Source: a virus
Lineage: Duplodnaviria; Caudoviricetes
Direction: 5' to 3' (one strand)
DNA length: 64,000 nt
IMG/VR virus record: IMGVR_UViG_3300026549_000050
Coordinates: 51,302 to 115,301 of that record
In this document: positions 1-12,700 of the stretch, in pieces
Layout: the number at the start of each line of letters is the position of its first letter
How positions within the stretch are numbered: the stretch's first letter is position 1
Position numbers and translations under genes: made by a program
Notes under the pieces: generated by a model
Told to the model about the DNA's origin: nothing
Databases searched by the model: none
What the model saw: only the letters and a program-made list of their open reading frames with translations

Positions 1-22
1 TGGAACGGATTTTCAAACTCGT

Positions 23-682
23 ATGCAAAATCAAAGAGAAGAAAATTTCCGGCGCCAGATGTTAAAATCAGTTTATTATGTTCGCTTTGAATATGATGGG
101 GAAAAACGTGAGGGAGAGTTAACCCCAATGCGCCAGAATGAAACAAAAACTATGCAATATCTATTAACAGATGTGCATTTAGATATTCCGCACGGTACTA
201 TATTATTTATACCAGATAAAGATATGGAGCCGCGCCCTTGGCTTGTTTATTACTTAGAAAGTATGAAAGCAAGTGGTTATAATCGTTATATTATGTTAAA
301 GATGACGCATGAACTTACTTGGAAAGACAGAGAAGATAATATACAAACTTCTTGGGCATATTTTTATGGACAAGAAGATAATATGTTAAAGGATGAATTA
401 AAATCGCGCAGTAGAAGTAGAGTTCTTTATACAGAGAATTTAAAATTAAGTTTCTTTATTTTACCAACTAATGTAAACTTAAGAAAAGATGATTATATGG
501 AAGTTGCAGTAGATGGTTTGACAGAGGCTTATGTAGTTACTGGTTATGATATTCATTCTAATCCTGGTGTTGAATTTGTTTCTGTCGATCCGCAATATAT
601 TAGAGATTTAACTCCACCGCCAGAACAGCAACCGGGTGATGACCCAGATGATTTCTTTTGGATTAATAAGGGGGTGGAATAA
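23..682 (+). CDS. Putative head-closure/neck protein
   Basis: 219-aa ORF upstream of tail genes; call rests on position only, and the true start may lie before the window. Confidence 0.4.
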   Translation: MQNQREENFRRQMLKSVYYVRFEYDGEKREGELTPMRQNETKTMQYLLTDVHLDIPHGTILFIPDKDMEPRPWLVYYLESMKASGYNRYIMLKMTHELTWKDREDNIQTSWAYFYGQEDNMLKDELKSRSRSRVLYTENLKLSFFILPTNVNLRKDDYMEVAVDGLTEAYVVTGYDIHSNPGVEFVSVDPQYIRDLTPPPEQQPGDDPDDFFWINKGVE

Positions 683-1176
683 TGACAAAAGTAAGGGATT
701 GTAGTGATATTGGTGTTAATGCACAATATATTATAAAACGACTTTTAGCAAATCAGAATTTGTTAAAATTACTTTATTATACTGATAAAGACCCACTTAA
801 TCATCCAGATTTGACTCAAGAACAAATACAAAAAGAAGTTTTTGAAAAATTAATTAAAATGGTGCCACGTGTTGGCCCTAAAGAGACAGCAAACTCATTA
901 GTTGTACTTAGAATCGCGCGCGGGCGTGGTTTAGCGCAAAATAATGAGTTTAAAAATGTTTCTATTAGTTTAGAAGTATTTGTTCCTATGACTCAATGGA
1001 TTATTAAGGATACTAATTTAAGACCTTTTGCTATCATGGGAGAAATTCAAAAATCTTTAAATGGAAAAAAGATTGATGGTTTGGGCAAAATGACTGGTGG
1101 AGATTTTGATTTAAACTTTTTAACTGAAGAAATTTCCGCTTATGAGCAAACCTTTATTTTAACTTCGTATGATTGA
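682..1176 (+). CDS. Putative tail completion/terminator protein
   Basis: 164 aa, translationally coupled (TAATG), positioned before tail tube genes. Confidence 0.45.
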   Translation: MTKVRDCSDIGVNAQYIIKRLLANQNLLKLLYYTDKDPLNHPDLTQEQIQKEVFEKLIKMVPRVGPKETANSLVVLRIARGRGLAQNNEFKNVSISLEVFVPMTQWIIKDTNLRPFAIMGEIQKSLNGKKIDGLGKMTGGDFDLNFLTEEISAYEQTFILTSYD

Positions 1177-1903
1177 TGATAGGGTTTTTCTTGGATTTCC
1201 GCTAGAGTTTAAAGATATATGTAAGGTATATCCCCCTACTGTAAATGATGTAAGTGGGAATAATCATTTTTATATATATCAATCGCTTTTCACTATGACA
1301 CAAGAAGAATTGGAAGATGCGTATTTAAAAGATGAAGTTTCTTACGTACCAACTCCATTTGAATATTTATTAATAAATTATCATCAAGATGAAGAAGTTA
1401 GAAGTTATATTTTAGAAGGCTTTCAAAAATTTCTTCGTGAACCAGTAACAATTGAACCTGAGATTAATATGATATTAATTGGTGTTGATGAAGAGCATTT
1501 GGATATAGAAAAAGATTTGGATAATCCAAGACTAATTACAGCAGAAAATTATTTTGAATTTCAAAATCTAATTCGGGCGGTTATGGGTGAAAGGCCAGTA
1601 GAGCCACCCGACCCCGACGAAGACCCGCGCATAAAACGCATCAAAGCAAAAGGACGTTATAGGGATAAATTAAAAGCAAAAAGACAACAAGGACCAAAAT
1701 TTGGAACTTTACTTGCTGCAATTTGCTGTATGGGAATAGGATTAACTCCACTTAATATTGGAGAGATGAGCTATGCCTGTGTTCAGTGGTTAATTGCTAT
1801 GGAACAACAACGTGAGTCTTATGATGTTGATATCCGTGCTTTACTTGCGGGCGCAGACAGTAAAAAAGTTAAACCAAAATATTGGATTAAAAATATAAGT
1901 TAA
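1169..1903 (+). CDS. Phage tail-module protein (possible tail assembly chaperone)
   Basis: 244 aa, overlaps previous gene, located in the tail operon. Confidence 0.4.
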   Translation: MIDDRVFLGFPLEFKDICKVYPPTVNDVSGNNHFYIYQSLFTMTQEELEDAYLKDEVSYVPTPFEYLLINYHQDEEVRSYILEGFQKFLREPVTIEPEINMILIGVDEEHLDIEKDLDNPRLITAENYFEFQNLIRAVMGERPVEPPDPDEDPRIKRIKAKGRYRDKLKAKRQQGPKFGTLLAAICCMGIGLTPLNIGEMSYACVQWLIAMEQQRESYDVDIRALLAGADSKKVKPKYWIKNIS

Positions 1904-1933
1904 ATTTTTAAAAAAATTAGGAGGCTATTTAAT

Positions 1934-2833
1934 ATGGCAAGTATTCTTGATAAATATGGTATTAAAGAAGTTGCTGACGTAGTGTTCTATGAGTTAGACT
2001 CAAAGGGCGCACCTTCTGCTCCAGTACTTTATCTCGACACTCTTAAGGTTTCTACAATCGAGCAGAGTGCTGAGGTAGTTGATGCTACTGGTGGTAAAGG
2101 TAACGTTAAATTGATTTCTTGGGATACAAACAAGGAAGTTACAGCTACATTCGAAGATGCTCTGTTCAGCGTTAAGTCTCTCGCTATCATGTTTGGTGGA
2201 GAGGTTACAGACAATGCAGGCAATCAAGAAGTTCTTAAGACTGTTCCTTATAAGAGTGTAACAGCTGGAACCGGTGAATTTACTGTTGTAGTAAATGGTA
2301 CTGAGCTTCATATTGCTGATAATAAGGCTACTTATTTCAAGTATGTTGATGATAAGGTAGTTCCTCAAGAGGCTGCTGACCAAGATACAGAGTTTGTTAC
2401 ATTTGACATTCTCGATGCTACTACAAGCGCAGGTGGAAAGGCTATGGCTAATGGTCTTGAGATTAGAATCGACGCTTCGAAGTTCGGTGGAACTTATTAT
2501 ATTACTGGCGATACATATGCTAGAAATTATCAGTCTGGTAAGGACGAGTTCCTTCAGTTCATTATTCCTAAGGGCAAGGTTAGCTCCGAGGACCTCAGCT
2601 TAACAATGGAGGCCGATGGTGACCCAGCTACATTCACAATGAACGTAAATGTATTAAAGGCTGCTGATGGTTCAATGTTTAAGCTTGTTAAGTACACTCT
2701 CGCTGGTGGAGATACTAGTGATAAGAATAAGGGTGTTGCATCTGTTCTGAAGAACTATGATGATGAAGGCGTTGAAAATGCTGGATATGAAAGCGATGCT
2801 TATCCTGTAAGCGGAAGTCTTCCAACAGTATAA
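1934..2833 (+). CDS. Major tail tube protein
   Basis: Strong RBS (AGGAGG), high-expression codon usage, ATGGKGNVKLISWD and MEADGDPATF motifs typical of large siphovirus tail tubes, followed by a terminator. Confidence 0.7.
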   Translation: MASILDKYGIKEVADVVFYELDSKGAPSAPVLYLDTLKVSTIEQSAEVVDATGGKGNVKLISWDTNKEVTATFEDALFSVKSLAIMFGGEVTDNAGNQEVLKTVPYKSVTAGTGEFTVVVNGTELHIADNKATYFKYVDDKVVPQEAADQDTEFVTFDILDATTSAGGKAMANGLEIRIDASKFGGTYYITGDTYARNYQSGKDEFLQFIIPKGKVSSEDLSLTMEADGDPATFTMNVNVLKAADGSMFKLVKYTLAGGDTSDKNKGVASVLKNYDDEGVENAGYESDAYPVSGSLPTV

Positions 2834-2853
2834 TTAATACGATGATTAATTGG

Positions 2854-2881
2854 TGGGAAGGTGGAAACACCTTCCCATTTT
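2854..2881 (+). terminator. Intrinsic terminator after tail tube gene
   Basis: TGGGAAGGTG-GAAA-CACCTTCCCA followed by TTTT. Confidence 0.8.
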
Positions 2882-2942
2882 ACTTAGAAGTTATACGCAC
2901 TCGGCGGCCGGCCGTATTTGTGTGTGAAACGGAGATATATGT

Positions 2943-3743
2943 ATGGATAACGAATTTGGTATGCAAGAACTGTACTTCGTGCAGTTAAAATCCACTTATC
3001 CTATAGAGGTAAAAGGAAAAGAAATTGCGACTGGAGAAGTGGTCGCAGCATTTGATAAAATTCAAATTGCTAACTTTCAAGAAATACATAAAGAGATTGC
3101 CGCACAAGGCGGTTATCAAAATAGAAAGTTAATAATTTGGAATAGGACTGAGGGCGTAAATTTAGTTTTTACACAGGGTATCTTTTCTAAAACGCAATTG
3201 GCGCTTATGAATAATACTCGATTAGTAAATATTGGTGAAAGTCAAATTATAAGAATAGCAGAAAGAGAAGAACTTGAAACCAATAGTGAAGGGATAATTA
3301 CACTAACCCACGCACCTATAGATTCGTGGATTTTTGTTTATAATAAAGAAACTGGTGAGAAACTGACGAACCTTCGTATGGTAGGAGAAAAAGAAATTCA
3401 AACCCCTCTGGTCTATAAAGAAGTCATTGTTGATTATGAATATGGATATGATAATGGCGTAGATGTGAGTATTGTGGGTGAAGAAATTTTTGATGGATTT
3501 CTTACACTGGAAGGTAGGTCAAGAATTAAAGATGACGTGACTGGAGAAACTCATACGGCTATTATACGTATTCCTAAATTAAAAATTACGTCAGATTTTA
3601 ATCTCACTTTAGGAACAAACGCGCAGCCAGTGGTTGGAAAGTTTAGAGGAACTGCGATGCCGATAGGGCCCGCGCGTGATACGAAAGCCTTAGAGATATA
3701 TTTTTTGGAAGATGATATAGATAAGGATTCCGAATGGCGTTAA
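2943..3743 (+). CDS. Second, divergent tail-tube paralog (minor tail protein)
   Basis: Aligns by eye with 1934..2833 at both ends (FGMQE/YGIKE; AQGGYQNRKLIIWN/ATGGKGNVKLISWD; IRIPKLKITS/FIIPKGKVSS). Confidence 0.6.
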   Translation: MDNEFGMQELYFVQLKSTYPIEVKGKEIATGEVVAAFDKIQIANFQEIHKEIAAQGGYQNRKLIIWNRTEGVNLVFTQGIFSKTQLALMNNTRLVNIGESQIIRIAEREELETNSEGIITLTHAPIDSWIFVYNKETGEKLTNLRMVGEKEIQTPLVYKEVIVDYEYGYDNGVDVSIVGEEIFDGFLTLEGRSRIKDDVTGETHTAIIRIPKLKITSDFNLTLGTNAQPVVGKFRGTAMPIGPARDTKALEIYFLEDDIDKDSEWR

Positions 3744-3768
3744 TTTTTAATTAACGTCATTTTTATTT
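3733..3768 (+). terminator. Terminator/attenuator-like hairpin before the tape measure gene
   Basis: ATGGCGTTAATT...AATTAACGTCAT stem followed by TTTTATTT. Confidence 0.5.
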
Positions 3769-3781
3769 GGAGGAGAAGATA

Positions 3782-6700
3782 ATGGCAGAAACTGTTGATA
3801 TTCTATTACGAGCGCGAATGGAAGCCAACGAAGTTACGTCTAGTATTGGCCAAATTCAAAAGTCATTACAAAGCTTAACTTTACCTAAAGGACTTTCCAA
3901 TGATTTAGAAAAAGAATTTAGTAAAATAGGTCCATTATTAAAAGATTATCAAAAGCAATTAAACAAGGGGTTTTCTAATAAAAAAGACCTCCAAACTTTT
4001 AGTGCCTTAAAAGAGCAAATTGGAGATACTTTAGGAACTATAAAAACACTTGTTAATCAAGCCAATTCGCAACAAATTAGATTAAAAGTAGATACACAGG
4101 CTATCGACCAGTTACAAAATAAAATTGTTTCTAAAACCGAAGCTTTACAAAAAGCATTAAGTCAAGTATTTACTAAATCTGTTAATGCGGATAATATAGC
4201 TACTCAGTTTGATAAAGTATTACAATCTACTTCTAGGTCTACCTCAGTTAAAGGAATGATTGGTAATGCTGGTAAATTATTTAATGCTCAAGAATATGCA
4301 GCATATAATGCAGAATTAGATAAAATTAAAAATAAGATTTTAAGTCTAAGTACAAGCAAAGTTAATTTTGCTAAATCATTAGGTGTTAAAGACGCTGAAA
4401 AAGATATTGCTGCAGTTGAGGCAAAAATTACTTCTTTTTTCAATAAATTAAAGGTTAATGAAGGTAAAGTTCAATCTATCGAATTACTTAAAAAAGAACT
4501 GCGTGAAATGGGTGTTGAACTTGAACAATTAGATATATCTTCTAAACTAAAAGGTGCTGAAGAAGTTAATAGTTTACATGCCGGATTACAACAGATAGAG
4601 CAAGATTTTCATAATACTGGCAACGCGGCGAATGATGCTGCTTCTGGTATTCTTTCTATGAAAGATCAGGTGGGCCAGTTAAGACAATCGACTCAATATT
4701 TCTTTAGTTTAAGAAATATGATAAATCTCTTTAAGAGAGGAATAGATGATGCGGTTAAGTCGGTTAAAGAATTAGATGCCGCCATGACGGAAACCGCAGT
4801 AGTTACCACCAATACTGTTGGTGATATGTGGAATATGCTTCCAGAATATACCAAAAATGCTAATGCATTGGGAGCAACTGTTTTAGATATGTATAAGGCA
4901 ACAACTTTATACTATCAACAGGGTTTAAATGCAGAGCAGTCCATGTCAATTGCTGCTGAAACCATGAAGATGGCTAGAATTGGTGGATTAGAGGCTGCCG
5001 ATGCTACCGATAAGATGACTGCTGCACTTCGTGGATTTAATATGGAAATTAATGAGTTGTCGGCACAACGCATTAATGACGTATATTCTAATTTAGCTGC
5101 TAAAACCGCATCTAATACTGAAGAATTAGGTAGTGCTATGCAACGTACCGCCTCTATTGCTCATTCCGCAGGCATGAGTTTTGAAGGTACGGCGGCATTT
5201 CTAGCACAGGCAATAGAAACTACCAGAGAACCAGCCGAAAACTTGGGTACGGCGATGAAAACAATTGTTGCCCGTTTCCAAGAATTAAAAGAAAATCCAT
5301 TAGAAATTGTTGAAGTAGATGGAGAGGAAGTTAGTTATAATAAAGTAGATACTGCATTACAATCTATTGGAGTTTCTTTAAAGGATGCTAATGGTCAGTT
5401 TAGAAATTTAGACAAAGTATTTTTAGAAATAGCCCAAAGATGGGATAGTTTAACACAAACTCAACAGCGTTATATAGCCACAACCGCGGCGGGTTCTCGT
5501 CAACAATCACGTTTTATCGCGATGATGAGTAACTATGAACGTACTATGCAGTTGATGAGCTATGCCAATGATAGCGCTGGAGCTTCTAATGAACAGTTTA
5601 ATAAAACTATGGATTCATTAGAGGCTAAATTAAATAAATTACACAATGCTTGGCAAGCCTTTATGATGGGTATTGCAAATAATACTTTTGTTAAAGGCGC
5701 GGTTGATGGTTTAACTTTTGTTATAAGTCAAACAAATACATTAATTAATACTTTAAGTGGTGGTCGTGGTGTAATAAAATCTTTTCTTTCTTTATTTACT
5801 GCCTTTACCGCTTTAAAAGGATTAGGTCGCTTCGCTAATGCTGCCATTGGTGGTTTGGGCGGTATGCTTGATCCACAATCTAGTTTTAAACAAGGGTTTT
5901 TTGGTGGCGGTATTATTGGCAATAAAGCTAATGCTAATGCGACTCAAGCAAGAATGATTTCTGACCCTATTGTTAATGCTATCAATAGATTATATCAGGC
6001 TCAAACAGGAAAGACGGTTACTAAAGATAGTCAAACTAGCGCCAAAGCAGATTATAAAGCTTTTACAGAAGCTAATACTGGTTTACGAGGAACAATTAAT
6101 CAGTTAAAACCTGGAGAACAATTTTCTATTGGCGAAGCCTATAGTAAGATTGATAAATTAGATACTCGTCAACAAAAAGCTGTATTACAACAATTGCCTG
6201 GGCTTACACTAAGTTTACAGAAAAATGGTATTAAATTTAATACAAAAGATATAAGCAGAAGTTCACAAGAACTTTTAAAAGTCTTTAATAAAGAAATAAA
6301 TGATGGTCTTAAAAATGGTAATATAGATTCTCAAACAGCATTAAAAATGTTTGGCTCTCCTCAAGAATTTGCTAAAGCCATGTCAGCCAGAGGAGATGAT
6401 TATGCTAGAGCCGCACAAGAAGTTCTTGGAAATAGTTTCGATAGGTCTACCTATAGAGAAGATTTAGCTAACAAATTATTACAAGTTGAAAAATTTAAAA
6501 ATATGGATAAGGATAGTTTTAATAACTATCTAGACAAGGCTGTAGCAAAAAGAAATGAGAGAGATCAACAGGAATTTGCAGGATTCGCTACAAGTCAAAT
6601 AAGCAATGGTGCAAAATTAGCAAATAATATTGCTTCAGTTGGACAGGCCGCTACAATGGCGGGCCAAGGTGTAGCCCAGCTTGGTATGCAATTATCCAAT

Positions 6701-9700
6701 GCTGGATTTAAAACTGCGGGCGCAGCAGTTACCGACTTAGGATATAAAATTTCTTCTTTAGGTATGATTGCCTCAAGTGTAGGTTCAGTTTTTGGTAAGA
6801 TTTTTGCCAATGATGGTCCTATGGCATTAATTAATGCTCATCCAGTTATGGCAATGGTTACTGCAATTGCCGCGATTGCTGGTACTGTGGCATTTATTAA
6901 TAAACAAATAAAAGAAAATGCAAAAAATTCTGCCCAAGAAATTCAACAAGCTTATAGTGAGAGTGTTAAAGAAGCTTCTGATAAAATAGATTCACTTAAA
7001 GCTAATGTAAGCACTTTTAAACAACTATCTAAAGGCGTAGATAAGTACGGACATAATCTTAGTTTAACTGAAGAAGAATATGACCAATTCTTATCTACTT
7101 CTAAGGCTTTGGCAGAAACTTCTCCAAGTTTAATTAAAGGCTATGATGCTCAAGGAAGAGCAATTATAGCAACTGGAGATGCGGTTGACCAATTAATTAA
7201 AAAGCAAGAGGACTTACGTAATACAGCTAGAGATAATTATATTACCGGCGAAGCCTTTAGTACAAATATAGCTGGTATTCGTGCGGGAGAAAATTATGAA
7301 TCTATAGTTAGTTCCGAGTCTTATATAGACGAATATGGAACTACACAGTTTAAGCAAGTTTTCATGGGAAAACAAATTGCTACTTTTAATAAAGCTGTTA
7401 AAAAAATAGATAATAAAAAATTAAAAAATCTCAACGCAGAAATTACTAAATTAACAGGCCATGAAATTGATTTGGCCAATATAAATGACCAAAGTGTTAA
7501 AGTTATTGCCAGCCGATATCAAGACATTAATCGCTTAGTAGAAGAAAACTCTCAAAAATTAGATGATAAAACTCGCGAAGGATTACAAAAAGCTTTCTCC
7601 GGCATAGGAGAAGATTATAATTCTTTCTTATCAGATTTACAACCATTAACTGAACAACTTGGTTTATTTTTAGATTCTAAGGGATTGAGTGTTTTAGGAT
7701 TAGGCATTAGTGAAGAATTTGTTGCTGGTTTTAATAAGGGATTAGAAGATTTAGCCTTAACTTCAGTAACTGAAAACTGGGGAGGCAGTCGACTCCAGCG
7801 CGAGGCCGAAAATTATGCTAAAGGATTTAGAAATTTAACAAAAGAGGGCAGTGCTTATTCTAGAACTTTAGAGCAAATTGATAGAATACAGCAAGATTAT
7901 CTTAAAAATGCTGGTGAAACCGGAGCAATTGAAGATTATAATAAAAATATTCAAGAACAAATAAATCATTTAAATTCTTTAGCTAATCAATATGATGGCA
8001 CAAGCGCGGCTGGTACAGCTTTCGCCGAGATGTGTCGTAGCGCCGCAGCTGATGCGCAGATGTTCACAGAGTACGGCGTTGCTTTGTTGGGTGAGGGTTT
8101 AAATACTCTTGCTTCAGAATTTTCTCAGGCTCGTGAAGCCCAAAAACGTTTTGAAGAAGCCACTGCGGGCGGAGATTACTATACTGCCGCGGAAGGATAC
8201 AAGTCCATTATGGACACCGTAATGAACGAAAAGAATGATGCAGGGCAGGGATCTCTTACGGCTTGGCGCGGCGCAACGGAATTATTAGGAGCTTCTGTAG
8301 TTGATAATGCAAAAAGTTGGGATGAAGTAGCAAGTAAAATACAAAAAATCGCTCCTATGTTTGAGGATGGAGCCGAAGGAGTATTAGCCTTTAATGATTT
8401 CTTAGTTGAAGCTTGGCACAATGCCGGTGGGGCCTCTGGAGAACTTGCAAAACTTGGCTCAGTTATTGATGGTGAATTTCATTTTGATTTTGATACACAA
8501 AATGAAAGTTTAGAAAAGTTTGCAAAACTATTAGGCATATCTGAAGGAGCTCTCGCGGCATTAATAGATAAGAGTAGACAATGGGTACCTTGGGATATAA
8601 GTGACCCAGATATGATTATGTCTGCTCTACGTAATAGTGAAACGACTATTCAAGGAAGTAATGGTACATTATATACTGCTGAATCAGCCTTCCGTGACGA
8701 GGCTTATCGTAATGAAATTGTTGGTGATAATTATAAGGAAACTCGAAAAACGGTAGAGGATCGAGGGGTTAAACTTTTAACTGTTGATGAATTAACTGCC
8801 AAAAGTCAAAGTGGAATTGTTGCTAATGATATTTTAAAAGATTTAAATATTAGCAGTCAACAACAAAACAATACATTAGACAATGCTGTAAGAGTATTTT
8901 CTGGATTAGGATTTGGATTAGAAGATATAACCACGGTTTTAACTAAACAAGGTATGTCTTTACAAGAGGGTCCAGTTACGGCAGAGCAAATAGCCGAGGT
9001 TTATGACCAGCAAGCTTTTGCAGCAGAAAATCCAACTGTTGCTGGAATCGCTAGTGATACTGGAATAATTGCCAGCAATACATCCGCTTTATTAACCTCT
9101 ATGGGTATTTTAGATAAAAATACAAAAGAAAAGGTTGATGAAGTTACTAGTGATAAATATGTTGATAATGCCTTTTTAGACTATAAACGCGAAAGAAAGG
9201 GCGCAACCAATCAAGCAGAACGTGAGCAAGCTCTTAATAATGTTCAAGCTAAAATTGATAAGTATGATAGCGACATTGAGCGTTTAAAACAGGGGCAATC
9301 AACCCACAAGGAAGATACTGCAACCTGGAAAGAGTATCAAGAAACCATTGATAAATTAGAAAAAGCTAGAAATAATTTATCTGGTATGGTGGAAAAAGAT
9401 CAACAATTATTAATTGATACCGCTGAACAAGCTCAAACAATTATTCAAGACATTGGTATTTCTAATGAAAATACGGATTTTCTCAATGCAAATGCATTAG
9501 ATGTCTCTAATGCTCTTAATAACACTGATATTAATGCAGGAATTGCATCTTTGGCAGCCCTTAGACAAGAAGGTAGTCTAACTAAAGATACAATGTTTGC
9601 TTTGGCTAGTGAATTTCAGAAAATACATAATACAGATTTATCACAATTAACTTATGGAGAACTTGCTAATCTCTATACTCAACTTGGTTTAGGTAAAGAA

Positions 9701-12700
9701 CAATGTACGGAACTTTACGCATCTTTGAATGGTTTATCAGAAGATGAGATTGAAATATTAATAAATCCTGAGGTTGAGGGTAAGGAGAAAGTTGATCAAT
9801 TCTTAGATGAATTAGCAAAAACTCCAAAACAAAAAGAAATTTTCATAGAAGCCGCCGCAAAAATCGCGGGTGGAAATGCTGCCAGTGCTAAAGATACTAT
9901 AATGCAGCAATTAGGCTTTTCTTCTGAACAAGCAGAAATAATTACTCAAAAAATTGAAGTAGCTCTTGAAACAGAAAGTCTTGATACTGCAAGCGTAATT
10001 GACGCAGTAGATAGCATACCTTCATATAAAGGAATAAATGTCAATGCTAATATTGCAAATGCAATGAGCGGAATTGATCAAACTAAGGGCAATATTAGTT
10101 CCATACCAGATGAGCATGGTACTAATATTACGGCAGATAACTCTGATTTAAATAGTAAATCTGCCCAAGCCACCAGTAACATTAATAGTATTCCAGATAG
10201 TCATGGTACTAATATTACTGCTACAGATAGTGCTACTTCAGTAATAAGTAGAGTTAGAACTGCTTTATCAAGAATACCTAGTGTTGTTAGATCTATTATT
10301 AAGGTCGATAAAGAGGCCGCGAGGGGTTTAAATTATTCAATTCCTGCTCATCAAACGCCTAGTTTTGGTTCGGCCGCGAATGGATTTAATACTACAGGTT
10401 CTTCCAAACGTTCAATGACTGCTTTGGTAGGCGAAGAAGGATTTGAAATCGCATATATACCATCTCAAGCGCGTTCAATGATATTGGGTGCAAATGGACC
10501 AGAAATTACTTCTTTCCCAAGTGATACAGTTATTTATCCACATAAGCAGTCTTTAGATATTATTAGACGTGGAAAGCAAAAAAATAGTTTTGATTCATTT
10601 GCACAAGGTAGAAGCGGTGGTTTAAGATCATCAGTCATTAAATATGTTGAATCAAACAATGCACGTAAGTCGGGTGGTAGTAGTAGCAATAACAAAAGTA
10701 ATAATAAATCCAATGCAGGTAATAAAGCCGCGAAAGCAGTTGAAGATACTGCAAAACGTATCGGTGGTGTATCTGTATGGTGGGAAAATATTGCTCGTAA
10801 AACTGAGGCAACTCAACGTAAAGCAGATAATAACCAGAAAAACTTTGATAAATATATCAAAGATATGCGTGCCACTCTTAAAAAGACCGGTACTGTTGGT
10901 CAAGGTGATGCTTATATATCAAATTTAAAGAACGTTATTTCTTTGAATCAACAACAGGTTAAAAAAGCAACACAACAATTATTAACTCTTGACATAGGAA
11001 CCGATGCATATAGAAAAGCTAAAAATGCCGAAGAAAGAGCCAAAGCTAATGAAAGAGCTTTTAATGGAGCTACTCCTGGAGTAGCACAGGTATCTTATTC
11101 TACTGGTTCTGGTGACAACAAAAAAACCGTTGATGAATTAGTTAATCTAGCTCCTTTTATAAAGAAAGATAAAACCGGCGCTTATGTTGTAGATCAGGGC
11201 GTACTTAATAGCGTTAAAAACCAAGAAAGACGTAAAGGTATCGCTGATGCTGCAAATAAAGAAGTTAATGATTTAACTAACAAAAGAAATAAAGCCGAAG
11301 ATGAGATAAAAAAAGCTCAAGAAGCTTTGGAAAAGATGGGCGAAGAATTATATAATACATTCTTTGCTTGGGAAACTGAATTAACAAAAATTTGGAATAT
11401 TACTCAAAAAATAGAAAGAGCAGAAGAAAAATTATCTCGTCAAAAAGCTTATAGCGAATTATTGACTGCGCAATTAAATTCTGGACTGCAAAAAGCCACA
11501 AAAGAATTTAACAAAAAGAGTGTGGCCGCATTTAAAACTGAAATAAAGCAAGAAACGAAAATATTGCGCTCTAGAGTCAATTCAATTTCAGTTTTACGCG
11601 ATAATGTAACAAAAGCTTTAAGTACTGCGGATGAAAAAGCTACTTTAAAATCAATTAAAGCTAAGCTGGCGAGTGATAAAAAATATGATGCTGCTAGGGC
11701 AAACCTGCAGAAAAAAGCAGAAGCCAAAACTAAGGCTCGGAATAGAGTTAAAAAAGCTAAGGCAGGGGTTTCTTCAGCTCAAGCGCAATTAAAGGCCGCG
11801 AAAAAAACTGGTAATGCAAAACAAATAGCCGCAGCGCAAACAAAGCTTAATAATGCAAATAGGGAATTAGCTAATGCCAATAAAGCATTAACTAATGCTA
11901 CTAAAGCTTATAATACAGCTAGCAAAAGTTTATCACAATATAAAAACTTAAATGCAACTGAAAAATTAGGTTATGAGACTTATGCAAAAAAACTGCAAGA
12001 GGATATAGATATTCAAAATGCAGCGAGCAAGTATTTAACTGCGACAAGGCTCGCAGATGGCACAGTTGATTTTAATTTTAACAGTAGTAGATTTGAACAA
12101 GATAAATTAGCTGGTAACATAAGCGCAGATAAGGCTAAAAAAATTGAAGAATATGTTGAGAAAGTTCAAAAGGCAGTTGAAGAATTAAATACTACTTATA
12201 AGGAAATAACTGATGTTTTAACAGATATGCATGATAGGTTGGCTGATTTAAAAGATCAATGGGCCAACTACGCAAGAGATTTATGGGAATATGTCGAAGA
12301 AAAGAAAAAAGATGATGTAGAAAACTTAAAAAAGCTTAGTTCTTCAATTAGCAATGCTTTAAAGAAGTTATTAGATGAAGTAAAACGTAAACTTGATGAG
12401 CGTAGACGCGTAGAAGATAATGCAAAAACTGAGTCCGATATCTCTAGAAAACAGCAGCGTTTAGCTATGTTACGTGCTGATACTTCTGGCGGAAACCTTG
12501 TAGAGATTGCTCAATTAGAACAAGAATTAGCCACAGCACAACAAAATTATCAGCGTTCTTTAGAAGATCAGCTATTAGATAAATTACAACAACAAGCAGA
12601 TCTTGCAGCTCAGCAACGTGAAAGACTTATTGAACTAAGTGAGGCTCAACTTGAAGCAACTAACAATGCTGCCTTGGTTGATATGTGGATGGCTAATCCA

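Noticed and set aside
1169-3781. Programmed -1 frameshift tail chaperone pair before the TMP
   Set aside because: The gene before the TMP is a tube paralog, and I found no convincing slippery site with an overlapping downstream frame.
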